32,000 nucleotides of DNA from Candidatus Helarchaeota ASGARD archaeon Hel_GB_B (GCA_005191425.1 SUPR01000032.1:3494-35493), one strand, 5' to 3'. Shown: positions 1-10,020, numbered from the stretch's first letter. Numbers and translations are program-made. The notes: generated by a model from the sequence alone, not told the origin.

Positions 1-1
1 G

Positions 2-1171
2 AATTACAAAAGGTATCATTGTCAATAGAAAAATACTATTTAGTAAAAAACTCCAACCTAATCCAATAAATACTAGAATATATGCTGTAAAAAAAGACCC
101 AACAGTTGTTCCCACTGCATAACTAAAACTTCTGAACCCAGCCCCAGTCCCTCTTATATCTGTAGGAAAAGATTCAATAGCAATCATTCTTGATATTACA
201 AATAGCCCCCAAAATGATATGCTGACCAAAAAACCGCCTATAAAACTAGCGATGAAATTCCCTAAAATAATCATAATAAGTCCTAATGGAATTATCACAC
301 TAAATATACAGATTACTGGTTTTCTACCAATATAATCCGAAAGTATCCCTGCTAAAATATAACCTATTATTGCTCCTAATACAATTGCTGTTATTATTAA
401 ATCAATTTGTGAAGTATCAAAATGCTTTTCAGCGGCTAAATATGGTTCTCCAGAAATTAAAAATACATAATTCCAACCGACAAAAAACCCTAATAGAGAA
501 ATTGTAATTGTACTTTTAATAATTTTTCTGTCAAAAATTTTTACAAATTTTTTAAGATTAAATCTAATTCCTTTTCGATCCTTTTTTTGTACCTTCATTT
601 CCCTATAAATTCTTGATTCTTTGAACATAAATGCCAAAAAAGCTATACCTATTGCAATATATGCAAACCAAGTCATTGATCTCCACCCAAAACTAGGAAT
701 TAATAATGCCCTAAATAACGGGATAGTTAGTCCACCACCTACTGACCCAAATACTAGCACAAGCGATATATATCCTGCCCGGTGCTTTTCGGAACTCTGC
801 TCAGAAAGGTAAATGACCCAAACATCACTACTAAAAAATATATATATAAAAAACAGACCAATCGTATATTGAAGTGGCGTTGTTGATAAAGAAATAAATA
901 AAGAAGACAACCCTAAACCTAGAAGGACTATAAAAATCATTATCCGTCTTCCTAGCAAATCACATAAATATTGGTTAAAAAATACAAAATATGTCCCGAT
1001 ACTGGCTATTCCTACAATGATTAGATATACACTATGCGTAATTCCAAATTCTAATTCAATAAAGGACCCATATGAGTTTGGATAATTTGTACAATAACTG
1101 TCAAAAATATCATTAAGACATAAAAAAATCAATAGCAACGGAAAATAGTATTTTCTATCCTCTTTTAACAT
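2..1171 (-). CDS. MFS transporter, 3' end truncated by window edge (missed by the ORF track)
   Basis: Translated by hand from ATG at 1171 (MLKEDRKYYFPLLLIFLCL...), open to the window start. It has MFS motif A twice (CDLLGRR, SDIIGRKP), the late-loop motif ESFPTDIRGTGAG and many hydrophobic segments. Confidence 0.9.
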   Translation of the reverse strand, partial: MLKEDRKYYFPLLLIFLCLNDIFDSYCTNYPNSYGSFIELEFGITHSVYLIIVGIASIGTYFVFFNQYLCDLLGRRIMIFIVLLGLGLSSLFISLSTTPLQYTIGLFFIYIFFSSDVWVIYLSEQSSEKHRAGYISLVLVFGSVGGGLTIPLFRALLIPSFGWRSMTWFAYIAIGIAFLAFMFKESRIYREMKVQKKDRKGIRFNLKKFVKIFDRKIIKSTITISLLGFFVGWNYVFLISGEPYLAAEKHFDTSQIDLIITAIVLGAIIGYILAGILSDYIGRKPVICIFSVIIPLGLIMIILGNFIASFIGGFLVSISFWGLFVISRMIAIESFPTDIRGTGAGFRSFSYAVGTTVGSFFTAYILVFIGLGWSFLLNSIFLLTMIPFVI

Positions 1172-1301
1172 ATGGTTTATTATTTTACTATTGAAATATA
1201 AAAGTAACCTATATCAGTAATAAACAACCTATATCTATAGTAAATTGTTAAAATATAATTTAGTTTAATTTGTTTTTATTAATGGAAATAAGGGATTTGA
1301 T

Positions 1302-3014
1302 TTGAAATCTGAAACAAGTAAAGTATTTGTATTAAAAATATCTGGTTCTATTGAAGACACGATTAACCAAGTATTTGACCAATTGGGTGGTATTTCCAAA
1401 TTTATTCCTCCTGGAAAGATAATTATTAAGCTTAATGGGGTCCATTTCACTAAATTTTCTTATACCGACCCCCTTGTACTTGATGCAGTATTAAAAGTTT
1501 TGATTAAAAATGGTGCAGATCCAACTAAAATTTTTGTAATCGAAAATTGCACATCTGGTTTATTTACCAGGTTCGTATTTAAACTTACAGGTTTTGACGA
1601 GGTTTGCAAAAAAAATGGAGTAAATATTATCTATATGGACGAAGGTTCAACTAAAAAGATCAAATTAGGTAAAGAAAAATATGATGTTGAAATTTCAAAA
1701 TTTGCTTATGATGAGCTTATAAATCCTGAAAATAGAAAAAATAACATATATATAGAAATACCTAAATTAAAAACGCATTGGTGTACAAAAATAACGCTTG
1801 GAATTAAACTCCAATTAGGTATGCTTAGAGATGAAAGCAAAGCCTTAAGACATCACTATTATCATGAACAACGTCTTATAGATATTTTCGAGGTATTTAA
1901 ACCCGATTTATGTATTGTTGATGGAATAAACGGAGTTGCTGTTGGCCCATGTCCCCCTCAGAACCCCGATATTTTACCTGATTACATTTTCAACTATAAT
2001 TTGATTATAGCTGGGACTGACATCGTAGCAGTGGATGCTGTTGGTGCTAAACTTCTGGGATTAAAAAATCTTGAAGTCCCGACCACTAAAATAGCCCATG
2101 ATAGAGAACTAGGCATCGGTGATATTAACAAAATTGAAATAATAACAATTCCTCAAATGGACATAGATTCATTAGTACAAAAAGTCCCTTGGGAATTAAG
2201 AAGAATTTTCCCTGACAATGTCGATATAATTTATGGGAATGAACTTGCATGTTATGAAGGCTGTGTAGGTCTAACTTTAGTTTATTTGGAAGAATTGACT
2301 CTTGAAAATCCGTCACTTAAAAAATCTGCGTCTTTCACACTAATTTTTGGAAAAGGATTTGATAAAAAAAGTTTAATAAACCTAAAAGAGCCTGTCTGTT
2401 TAATGGGGACATGCTGCGTTAATGAAATTGGTGATTTTATAAAATCAAAATATGAGAAAGTTTATGAAGCTAAATCTTGTGCTAATTTAGGGCAATATTG
2501 TAATTTACTTCTTAAAGTTATGCAAATTAATCCACTTTCTCAGATACCTACTGATAAAATCCCTCTACCGGAATTATTATGGTCCTATATTTTAGCTAAA
2601 TTGAATAAATTAGACGCAAGTTTACCGGAATTACCTTCAGAAAATGAAATTCTAGATTTAGTAGCGTCAAATTTAAATGTATTTTCAAAGCAAACCTTAC
2701 AAGATCCAAAATTTAAAAATACTATTGAAATATTAATGGCTAGCCCTAATGAAAATATAAGAGCAAGCACTATAAAAATAGCAATTAATATGGCTAATTA
2801 TCTTAACTCAAATTATCTCGAAATTGTCCGTAATTCCTTATATGATGATTCGAAAAAAGTTATCAAATCACTCCTGAAGGAACTTTTTAAAATAGGCAGA
2901 AAAAATTTGAACATTATAAAAGAATTAAAGTCGTATATTGAGAAAATTAATCAATTGAATAAAGATGAATCTATAAAAAAGCAATGCACAAAAGTACTTA
3001 AATTATTAAATTGA
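1302..3014 (+). CDS. DUF362-family (Fe-S-associated) protein with Cys-rich region and C-terminal helical HEAT-like extension
   Basis: TTG start. DUF362-type motifs KIIIKLN, YTDP, IPKLKTH, DGI...GP, AGTDIVAVD. Later Cys cluster (CYEGC, GTCC, KSC, QYC). The last ~100 aa are helical (LMASPNENIRASTIKIA...SLYDDSKKVIKS). Confidence 0.75.
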   Translation: MKSETSKVFVLKISGSIEDTINQVFDQLGGISKFIPPGKIIIKLNGVHFTKFSYTDPLVLDAVLKVLIKNGADPTKIFVIENCTSGLFTRFVFKLTGFDEVCKKNGVNIIYMDEGSTKKIKLGKEKYDVEISKFAYDELINPENRKNNIYIEIPKLKTHWCTKITLGIKLQLGMLRDESKALRHHYYHEQRLIDIFEVFKPDLCIVDGINGVAVGPCPPQNPDILPDYIFNYNLIIAGTDIVAVDAVGAKLLGLKNLEVPTTKIAHDRELGIGDINKIEIITIPQMDIDSLVQKVPWELRRIFPDNVDIIYGNELACYEGCVGLTLVYLEELTLENPSLKKSASFTLIFGKGFDKKSLINLKEPVCLMGTCCVNEIGDFIKSKYEKVYEAKSCANLGQYCNLLLKVMQINPLSQIPTDKIPLPELLWSYILAKLNKLDASLPELPSENEILDLVASNLNVFSKQTLQDPKFKNTIEILMASPNENIRASTIKIAINMANYLNSNYLEIVRNSLYDDSKKVIKSLLKELFKIGRKNLNIIKELKSYIEKINQLNKDESIKKQCTKVLKLLN

Positions 3015-3225
3015 GCAATTACTCTTTATATTAATTGAAAGTAATTAATAATTTTAACTCTTCTTAATTTAATTGTGATTAACAAATTATTCCCTTAAGA
3101 AATTCTTTTTTCTTTTCTATATCATTAATTAAATAAAAAAAATGCGGGTAATTTATTGTTCTATTGGTAATTTAAAATGTTTTAAAGAAAATGTTTATCT
3201 AATAAATACAACTTATGTAATTATC

Positions 3226-4296
3226 ATGAAAAAATTGACGAAAGAAAAATATTATGATGCGGTTTATGGGTCATGGCTGGGGAGGTGTATTGGATCAAGA
3301 TTAGGGGCCCCATTAGAATTAAAGCCATATCTCTGGATCAAAAAAAGATATGGTGAAATTAATAACTATATAAAGCCACTGAAAGAGAAATACGTGAATG
3401 ATGATGAAATGTATGAAATTGTTGGGTTATTAACTTTAGAAAGACATGGGATCGATATTAATTCAAAAATTATAGGAGAAGAATGGCTTAGAGAATTATA
3501 TACAATGATGTTTACTGCTGAAAAAGCAGCTTATAATAATATGAAAAAAAGAGGTATAATGCCACCTGAATCCGGCAAAAAAAATATCTATTATGATTTT
3601 ATTGGAGGGCAAATGAAAGGTGATATATGGGGTCAAATTGCCCCATGTCCTGAAATTGCAGCTCACTATGCCAAAATTGATGGGGAAGTAGCTCATAGTG
3701 GTGATGGTATTCTTGGAGAGATTTTTATTGCCGTATTAATATCTTTAGGTTTTTTTAACCCAAACATTAAGGAAAATATTAACGAGGCGTTAAAATACAT
3801 TCCAGTTGATAGTAATTATCATAGATTCATAAAACTTGCAATTAATTTGCATTCTAGATATTCAAATTGGAGATATTCTTTGAGAAAATTAAAAGGATAT
3901 TGGAGAAAATTCAAAAAAGAATTAATATCCCAATCTTCAATTAAAAGAAAAACTATATTAATGACACCATTTAGTGCTGTCCATGTATTACCCAATGCAA
4001 GTATTATAACTCTATCTTTATTATATGGTAACAATGATTTCGAAAAATCCATTTGTATTGCAGCCATGTGCGGTTTTGATACAGATTGTAATTGTGGTAA
4101 TGTAGGTGCTATACTCGGTACAATATGTGGGGCTCAGAATATCCCTCATAAATGGAAGGATCCTTTAAATGATATGTTTTATACAAAAACTAGGTCAATT
4201 AAAGAAATAAAAATTTCAGAAATCGCAAAAAGAGTATGTCGTATCGGAGAAAAAATTATTCAAAATAAATGTAATAATATCTTGTTAATTGATTAA
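3226..4296 (+). CDS. ADP-ribosylglycohydrolase (ARH/DraG) family protein
   Basis: N-terminal YDAVYGSWLGRCIG..LGAP.E, metal-binding NDDE and C-terminal GFDTDCNCGNVGAILG. Start moved from the track's 3142 to the in-frame ATG at 3226, where the family-like sequence begins. Confidence 0.85.
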   Translation: MKKLTKEKYYDAVYGSWLGRCIGSRLGAPLELKPYLWIKKRYGEINNYIKPLKEKYVNDDEMYEIVGLLTLERHGIDINSKIIGEEWLRELYTMMFTAEKAAYNNMKKRGIMPPESGKKNIYYDFIGGQMKGDIWGQIAPCPEIAAHYAKIDGEVAHSGDGILGEIFIAVLISLGFFNPNIKENINEALKYIPVDSNYHRFIKLAINLHSRYSNWRYSLRKLKGYWRKFKKELISQSSIKRKTILMTPFSAVHVLPNASIITLSLLYGNNDFEKSICIAAMCGFDTDCNCGNVGAILGTICGAQNIPHKWKDPLNDMFYTKTRSIKEIKISEIAKRVCRIGEKIIQNKCNNILLID

Positions 4297-4327
4297 ATAA
4301 TTATTCAAGTTATTTGGGTGTTCGTGA

Positions 4328-5164
4328 ATGAAAATACCTACAAAAAAGGAAATGTACTCTTACTATTTCCAAGAACCTATTAATAAAAAATTTGAAAAGG
4401 AAATTAAACATGTAAAAATAAAATATTTCTATTTTCAAGACCCAATTGAATTAAATACGAGAGAAAATACTGTGTTTAATTTTTGTATATTAAAAGGAAC
4501 TTCGATATTATTAAGAGATAAAAGAAAATTTAATTTGTCCCAATTTGACATGGTCTTTGTTCCTGAGAAAGATAAAATTCAGATTATTCCAAATTCTAAA
4601 GATTTATATGCAAATAAAATCTGTTTAATAGAAGCACCAGTTTTAAACAAAATCAATGAAAATTTAAATCCTCAATTTGAAATAAAAAAATTTTCATTTA
4701 AAAATTTTATTCCCAGAGGCGAACCTGGTAATTCAGAAAGGTTGGCTACATATAGAGAAGTATGGACAGCTTTTAGAAATGGATATTTTATGTCTGGTTT
4801 CACTAAAATTCCAAAAAAAGTATTTGGTCAAGGTGTTATAACAAGTGTCAATCTAGAAAGGTCTGACAATGGAAAAATAAAAATATATTCTCATATCCAT
4901 CCAGATTATCCCGAAATATATATATTTTGTATTGATGATGATACTAAAACAATTGCAGTAACTCAATATTTAATTAATTCTAAAGGTGAATCTGTCTGTA
5001 TGGATTTAGTTGATGGTGATGGCTTATTTTTTGACGGTTCATTAGGGCATATGAACTTTATTAGGCCAATATACAGAGAATTAAGATATTTAATGTATAT
5101 GTGGATTATTCCAACTTTTGGTAAAGAACAAGATATTAAACCGATCACATTATTTACCAATTAA
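4328..5164 (+). CDS. cupin-fold protein, IolB/KduI-like sugar isomerase candidate
   Basis: Cupin metal motif HxHx4E (HIHPDYPEIYIF) plus a downstream His (DGDGLFFDGSLGHMNF). Two beta-rich halves. 31 bp downstream of the ARH gene. Confidence 0.55.
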   Translation: MKIPTKKEMYSYYFQEPINKKFEKEIKHVKIKYFYFQDPIELNTRENTVFNFCILKGTSILLRDKRKFNLSQFDMVFVPEKDKIQIIPNSKDLYANKICLIEAPVLNKINENLNPQFEIKKFSFKNFIPRGEPGNSERLATYREVWTAFRNGYFMSGFTKIPKKVFGQGVITSVNLERSDNGKIKIYSHIHPDYPEIYIFCIDDDTKTIAVTQYLINSKGESVCMDLVDGDGLFFDGSLGHMNFIRPIYRELRYLMYMWIIPTFGKEQDIKPITLFTN

Positions 5165-5184
5165 AAAAAAGATATTTAAAATTT

Positions 5185-5769
5185 TTATAATTCTACATTA
5201 TCTGGGACTATATATCCAAATTTTTTGATAGATATTATCCAATACCAATAATATTTTAATAAATCTAATTCTAAGCGCTTTATTTGATACTCTGAATAAG
5301 TTGATCTCATTAAATCTATTCTACCTTTTTGTTTACCAATTTTTACGATCCAACTTTCAGGTCTTCTTATATTTGATGTCATATTTATAGCTATACAAAT
5401 TGGTAACGAAATAACAAAACCAATAAGTCCAACTGCAAACATTATAAGTCCAATTATAGCTAAGAAAAATAATTCAAGTAATGATATGAATGAAATTCCA
5501 ACCAATCCAATGCCTACTGCCCCAATAATTCCTAAGGGCATACTAATTTTTTTCACATAATGTTTATTTTCAAATATTGGTATTGTTTGATAATCACAAA
5601 TTCTATCTTTTAATTTATAGTAAGCTTCAGCGCGAGCATTTCCTTCAGGTGTTGCTATTATTTCCTCAGTTTGCTTATCAAATAAATCTTTTACTAATTC
5701 AAAAGCTTCCTCTAGGTTATTATTTTTAATCAAATTTTCTAATTCATCTAATTCATTATTAACGACCAT
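5185..5769 (-). CDS. hypothetical membrane protein (helical N-terminus, about 2 TM, soluble C-terminus)
   Basis: 194-aa ORF with a hydrophobic stretch from PLGIIGAVGIGLVGISFISLL to IGFVISLPICIAI. No family recognised. Confidence 0.7.
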   Translation of the reverse strand: MVVNNELDELENLIKNNNLEEAFELVKDLFDKQTEEIIATPEGNARAEAYYKLKDRICDYQTIPIFENKHYVKKISMPLGIIGAVGIGLVGISFISLLELFFLAIIGLIMFAVGLIGFVISLPICIAINMTSNIRRPESWIVKIGKQKGRIDLMRSTYSEYQIKRLELDLLKYYWYWIISIKKFGYIVPDNVEL

Positions 5770-5904
5770 ATTTTCAACACCAATATTAATAGTCTTATAA
5801 TACCATTAAACATATAATATATGGTTCTTGAGAATTTAATAATTAGCTTGTAATGAAATTTTAATTGATAATAAAAAAAAGGTAATATTTAGCCTCTAAA
5901 TTGA

Positions 5905-6846
5905 CTATTTTATAGGGAGTGTTTTTAATGGAAGTATTTTATGGTAAATATTTATTTCTATATCAGTTGTCCCTACTTGTTCACCATCTAAATCCAAAAA
6001 TATAGGTTTTTCTGATTCTGCTTTTATTTTTTTACATCGGGGATGGGCTTTTACTTCTGGTAACTCAAGGTGTTTGCCACTATACATTTTTGATATATTT
6101 TTTAAAAGTTTCCATCTTCCCATATCTTGAGCTGTAATTATATCTAATAACCCATCATCATTTATTGCATCTGGAGCTACTTTCATTCCTCCGCCAAAAT
6201 ATTTTCCATTTGCAAAAATTGCCAAATTTAAATTACATTCATATTTCTCACCTGTATCCTCAAAAATTAATGTAGTTTTCACCATTTTATGGTGTAATAT
6301 CCCTCTAATAGACCCTATGTAAAATGATATTTTACCCCCAAAAATTTTAGTAGTTCTATTCACTCTATCGACAACATCGCCACCGAGACCAATATCAGCT
6401 ATATTTAGGAAATAACGGGATTTAATATCTCCTTCAAAACTTCTGAATTTAGCAATTCCAATATCTATTTTTTTAATTGAACCTTTTTGTAGAATCTCGA
6501 TAGATTCTTCAAAATCTTTAGAATGCCCCAGAGTTTTAATAGTATCTGAGCCAGTTCCACTCGAAATAAGTCCAAAAACGCAATTTGGGTCAACCAATTT
6601 ATCATTTTCAAAAAATCCATTAATGACTTCATTGAAAGTGCCATCACCTCCCACTGCAACAATAAATTTATTACCTTTTTTAATTAAATCTCTTACAATT
6701 TCTGTTGCATGATTTGGATATTCCGTAAATTTAAAATTATATTCAATATTTTTAGATTCGATTAGTGGTCTAATTATTTTTTCCCATCGTTTTTTTGTTC
6801 TTCCATTTCCAGATTTTGGATTAATTATAAAATACATTTTCATCAT
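5905..6846 (-). CDS. diacylglycerol-kinase-like lipid kinase (YegS/Rv2252/BmrU family)
   Basis: INPKSG, AVGGDGTFNEVING, GTGSD, ANGKYFGGGM.VAP.A..DDG.LD and DGE motifs. Confidence 0.9.
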   Translation of the reverse strand: MMKMYFIINPKSGNGRTKKRWEKIIRPLIESKNIEYNFKFTEYPNHATEIVRDLIKKGNKFIVAVGGDGTFNEVINGFFENDKLVDPNCVFGLISSGTGSDTIKTLGHSKDFEESIEILQKGSIKKIDIGIAKFRSFEGDIKSRYFLNIADIGLGGDVVDRVNRTTKIFGGKISFYIGSIRGILHHKMVKTTLIFEDTGEKYECNLNLAIFANGKYFGGGMKVAPDAINDDGLLDIITAQDMGRWKLLKNISKMYSGKHLELPEVKAHPRCKKIKAESEKPIFLDLDGEQVGTTDIEINIYHKILPLKTLPIK

Positions 6847-6967
6847 TACTTTTTTTCTATCTAATTATTTAAATGATTTAAGGATAAAAATCAATTAATT
6901 TATGATTATAAAAAAATAAAAAAATTCAAAATAATAATAATGGTCATGAATTAAAGTTGGTCTTTTT

Positions 6968-7417
6968 ATGCGAGAAATAAAATCAGCCGGTATGATAATT
7001 TTCCGGAGAGATATTAATGATAAAAAATTAATTTGGTATTTATTATTGCAAGATTCACATAATCATTGGGGGTTTCCCAAGGGGATTATAGAAAAAGGAG
7101 AAACTATAATTGAGACTGCATCTCGAGAAGTTAAAGAAGAAGCAGGGCTTGACGATATTAAAGTTATTGATCATTTTTTAGAGACTATTGAATATTATTA
7201 TTACAGTAATAAAGGGAAAATACATAAAACTGTTACTTTTTTTCTTGGAGAAACCAAATCTGAAGAGATTAAAATTTCTTATGAACATATTGGATTTAAA
7301 TGGGTAAATTATATTGAAGCGCTAAATTTATTAAGTTTTGAAAATGCCAGATTAATTTTAAAAAAAGCTCATAAAAAAATAAATAGCATGATTGATCATT
7401 TTTTTAATAGGTTATAG
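6968..7417 (+). CDS. Nudix hydrolase, asymmetrical Ap4A-hydrolase-like
   Basis: Nudix box G.IEKGE...TA.REVKEEAGL. SAG, HWGFPKG and ISYEH..FKW motifs are typical of bis(5'-nucleosyl)-tetraphosphatases. Overlaps the convergent gene by 6 nt. Confidence 0.88.
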   Translation: MREIKSAGMIIFRRDINDKKLIWYLLLQDSHNHWGFPKGIIEKGETIIETASREVKEEAGLDDIKVIDHFLETIEYYYYSNKGKIHKTVTFFLGETKSEEIKISYEHIGFKWVNYIEALNLLSFENARLILKKAHKKINSMIDHFFNRL

Positions 7418-8572
7418 TCTTTCGATTTCTATAAGGTTATATTTTAAATTTTCAGGGTTATCTTTTTTCAATTGGTCTATAATGTATCTAAAATCTGCTC
7501 CTGTACTATCGGAGAAAATTTGGGACAGGACGTCTCCAGATTTTTGGGTGGCTACCGAGTCTGGTAAACGTGGGGCTTTATTAATCAAATCAAAAGAGGC
7601 GACATCAATTGCATATATATTTTTTGATGCAAGTATACCTATATCTTGGACTACATTATGGTCATTGTATGGTACACAATCACAAATTGGTGAAATATCT
7701 ATTAAAAAATTTATAAAACCGAAATTTTCTGGACCTTTGGCACGTAATACTGCATTTGCACAGTCTAGGATCCTAATATTTGTATCTTTTGCATTACACC
7801 ATTCGACTTTAATTGCTTTATTAGGACAAGCCCCTATACACCCATAACACCGGGAACATAAATCATTGATTATAATTTTATTATTAATGTCAATAGCATT
7901 TTCTGGACAAATTTGGGTGCATTTTCCGCATTGATTACATTCATTTGCAATTATTTCAGGAATTTCATTATAAAAATGTAAATTAAATTTAGACCTTTTA
8001 CCGACACATCCTACTCCTATATTCTTAATTGCTGCCCCCATCCCAGCTCTAGGGTGCCCTTTAACATGAGCTAATGAAATAATTTTATCTGCGTCCATTA
8101 TAGCTTTGCCGACATATACTTCTTTTAGTTGAACTCCTTCCTCATTTTTAACCTTTACATAATCTTTACCTTTTATACCATCTAGAGGGATCAGAGGTGC
8201 GCAACAAGTTTCCCATGTATAACCATTTTCTCTGGCAATTTTTAGGCGCCCCAAGCCAAAAGTTCGGTCATAAAAAAGTCCAAGTCCTGATGACTCAGTT
8301 ATAAAAGGAATCCCACCTCTAGATTCAATTTCCAATGCAAGTTTTCTGACATATATACTCCTAATTGTTTTCATTGTGCCATGATCCCCCCAATGCATTT
8401 TGATTGCGACTATATCACCTTTTTCAATTATGTCCAATACTTTACTTTTTTTGATTAACATTGACAATTTATTAACTAAGCTAAGTTCCGAATTAAAAAA
8501 GCTAATTTTACCTGCATTTACATCTTTTACATTAATGATTGCTCTAGAATTTACAAAATATACATTATTCAT
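7412..8572 (-). CDS. DUF362 protein with 2x[4Fe-4S] ferredoxin domain
   Basis: VAIKMHWGD, HVKGH..G.GAAIKNIG.GC, two ferredoxin motifs (CNQCGKCTQICP, CSRCYGCIGACP) and DISP.CDC. Confidence 0.88.
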   Translation of the reverse strand: MNNVYFVNSRAIINVKDVNAGKISFFNSELSLVNKLSMLIKKSKVLDIIEKGDIVAIKMHWGDHGTMKTIRSIYVRKLALEIESRGGIPFITESSGLGLFYDRTFGLGRLKIARENGYTWETCCAPLIPLDGIKGKDYVKVKNEEGVQLKEVYVGKAIMDADKIISLAHVKGHPRAGMGAAIKNIGVGCVGKRSKFNLHFYNEIPEIIANECNQCGKCTQICPENAIDINNKIIINDLCSRCYGCIGACPNKAIKVEWCNAKDTNIRILDCANAVLRAKGPENFGFINFLIDISPICDCVPYNDHNVVQDIGILASKNIYAIDVASFDLINKAPRLPDSVATQKSGDVLSQIFSDSTGADFRYIIDQLKKDNPENLKYNLIEIERL

Positions 8573-8592
8573 TTTTTAACCTCTTATATTTT

Positions 8593-10020
8593 TTAAATCT
8601 TCTTTTGTAAAAGGTCTATCTTTTGATAAACTTTTTCAGCAAAATCAAAAAATCCTAATTCATTTTGGACGGCAGCTAATTTCTCAAGTATTAATGTAGC
8701 ATTTTTATAATCTTTTTTAGATTCATAAATTTTAGCTAATTCTTTATATACATTAGAGAGAAGTTCCAAATCATTAATTTTTTCACCGAATTTTATACAT
8801 TTTTCAAAATTTTTAATGGCATTATAAAAATCCTCCTCAGACTCATAAGTTAATGCATCGCCTAAATATGATATGACTTTATTAAATTCATCCTTTTCTT
8901 TCTCAAAAATTTCAATTGATTTTGAATAATATTCATGTGCTAAATTAAACTTTTTCCACAGTCTGTATAATTTTCCTATATTTTGATAGACATTTCCAAG
9001 TAATGATAAATTCATAATTTCATCAGAAATTAACAGTGCATCATTAAAATTCTTCGATGCTTTTTCAAAATCCCCAATTTCAATTAAAACTTGTCCTCTC
9101 AATAGAAATGTCTGTAATTTGATTACGTGGTCTTCTACATAAGGAATTAGAGATTCAGCAAAATTAAGATATTTTAATGCGAGATTATAATTTTTTAAAG
9201 TAAAATATGCAGTTGCAAATAAGTTATATGCTAACAATTGGCCTCTAGAATCTCCCAACTCTTTATATAATTTTATAACATCTTCTAAGTATTTTATAGC
9301 ATCCTCCGACTCTTTAAATTCAATTTTTAATTGAGCTATTATTATTTCTGTTTTTGATATAGATTCAGGATCATTAAATTGTTCTTTTTGAAGTTGTAAA
9401 TCTTCCTCTAAATATTGCAGAGCGATTTTTTTCCTATTTAATTTCTTTAAATAAATATCTGACATCCTAATTAGCATCCTATGTAATGCCTCGTACTCTT
9501 TGACTTTACGAGCTGCTTGAATACCCTTTTCAAAATTAATAATAGCTTTTTCATAATCTCCTTTTGCTATTGCATCATTTCCCATAATTTCTGAATCATA
9601 TAATATTTTTGAATATTTCAGGACAATATCATCAAAAGTTGTTTTTATTGTATTATATTTTTCATAGTCTTCAAATTCTTGGGCTAATTTTAATGCGTCT
9701 TTTAATAATTGTATTGTTTTTACATAGTCCGACTTTTTTTGAAATATTAGTGCTTTATTATACATATTTTTTATTCTATATTCTATATTGTCCAATTTTT
9801 CTGCCAGTTCTAATGAAAGGTCATAATTTTTTAATGCATCGTCTAATTTGGACTGAAAATAATTGCATTTACCTAATTCAGCATATATTTTTAATAACCA
9901 CTGGGTATTATTATTAGCTATTGCGATTTCCAGTCCTTTTTTAAATAAATTTTCAGCTCCTGCAAAATCTTGTAATTTAAATTTAGAAATACCATCTTCA
10001 TATATTTCTTTAATATTCAA
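8593..10020 (-). CDS. tetratricopeptide-repeat protein
   Basis: TTG start. Recurrent TPR-like pattern along the whole length (LGKCNYFQSKLDDALKNYDLSLELAE; IGKLYRLWKKFNLAHEYYSKSIEIFE). No other domain seen. Confidence 0.85.
   Translation of the reverse strand: MNIKEIYEDGISKFKLQDFAGAENLFKKGLEIAIANNNTQWLLKIYAELGKCNYFQSKLDDALKNYDLSLELAEKLDNIEYRIKNMYNKALIFQKKSDYVKTIQLLKDALKLAQEFEDYEKYNTIKTTFDDIVLKYSKILYDSEIMGNDAIAKGDYEKAIINFEKGIQAARKVKEYEALHRMLIRMSDIYLKKLNRKKIALQYLEEDLQLQKEQFNDPESISKTEIIIAQLKIEFKESEDAIKYLEDVIKLYKELGDSRGQLLAYNLFATAYFTLKNYNLALKYLNFAESLIPYVEDHVIKLQTFLLRGQVLIEIGDFEKASKNFNDALLISDEIMNLSLLGNVYQNIGKLYRLWKKFNLAHEYYSKSIEIFEKEKDEFNKVISYLGDALTYESEEDFYNAIKNFEKCIKFGEKINDLELLSNVYKELAKIYESKKDYKNATLILEKLAAVQNELGFFDFAEKVYQKIDLLQKKI

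Noticed and set aside
3012-3040. Possible selenocysteine read-through at the TGA ending the first DUF362 gene
   Set aside because: Another TGA follows after 7 codons, the position is not a Cys-equivalent site, and no SECIS-like hairpin is evident.
3142-3225. 28-aa N-terminal extension of the ARH ORF
   Set aside because: Low-information AT-rich sequence before the family-like start. ATG 3226 is more plausible.
7412-7417. Convergent 6-nt overlap (TTATAG holds both stop codons) between Nudix and DUF362
   Set aside because: Short convergent overlaps are common in compact AT-rich genomes, and there is no evidence of a regulatory role.
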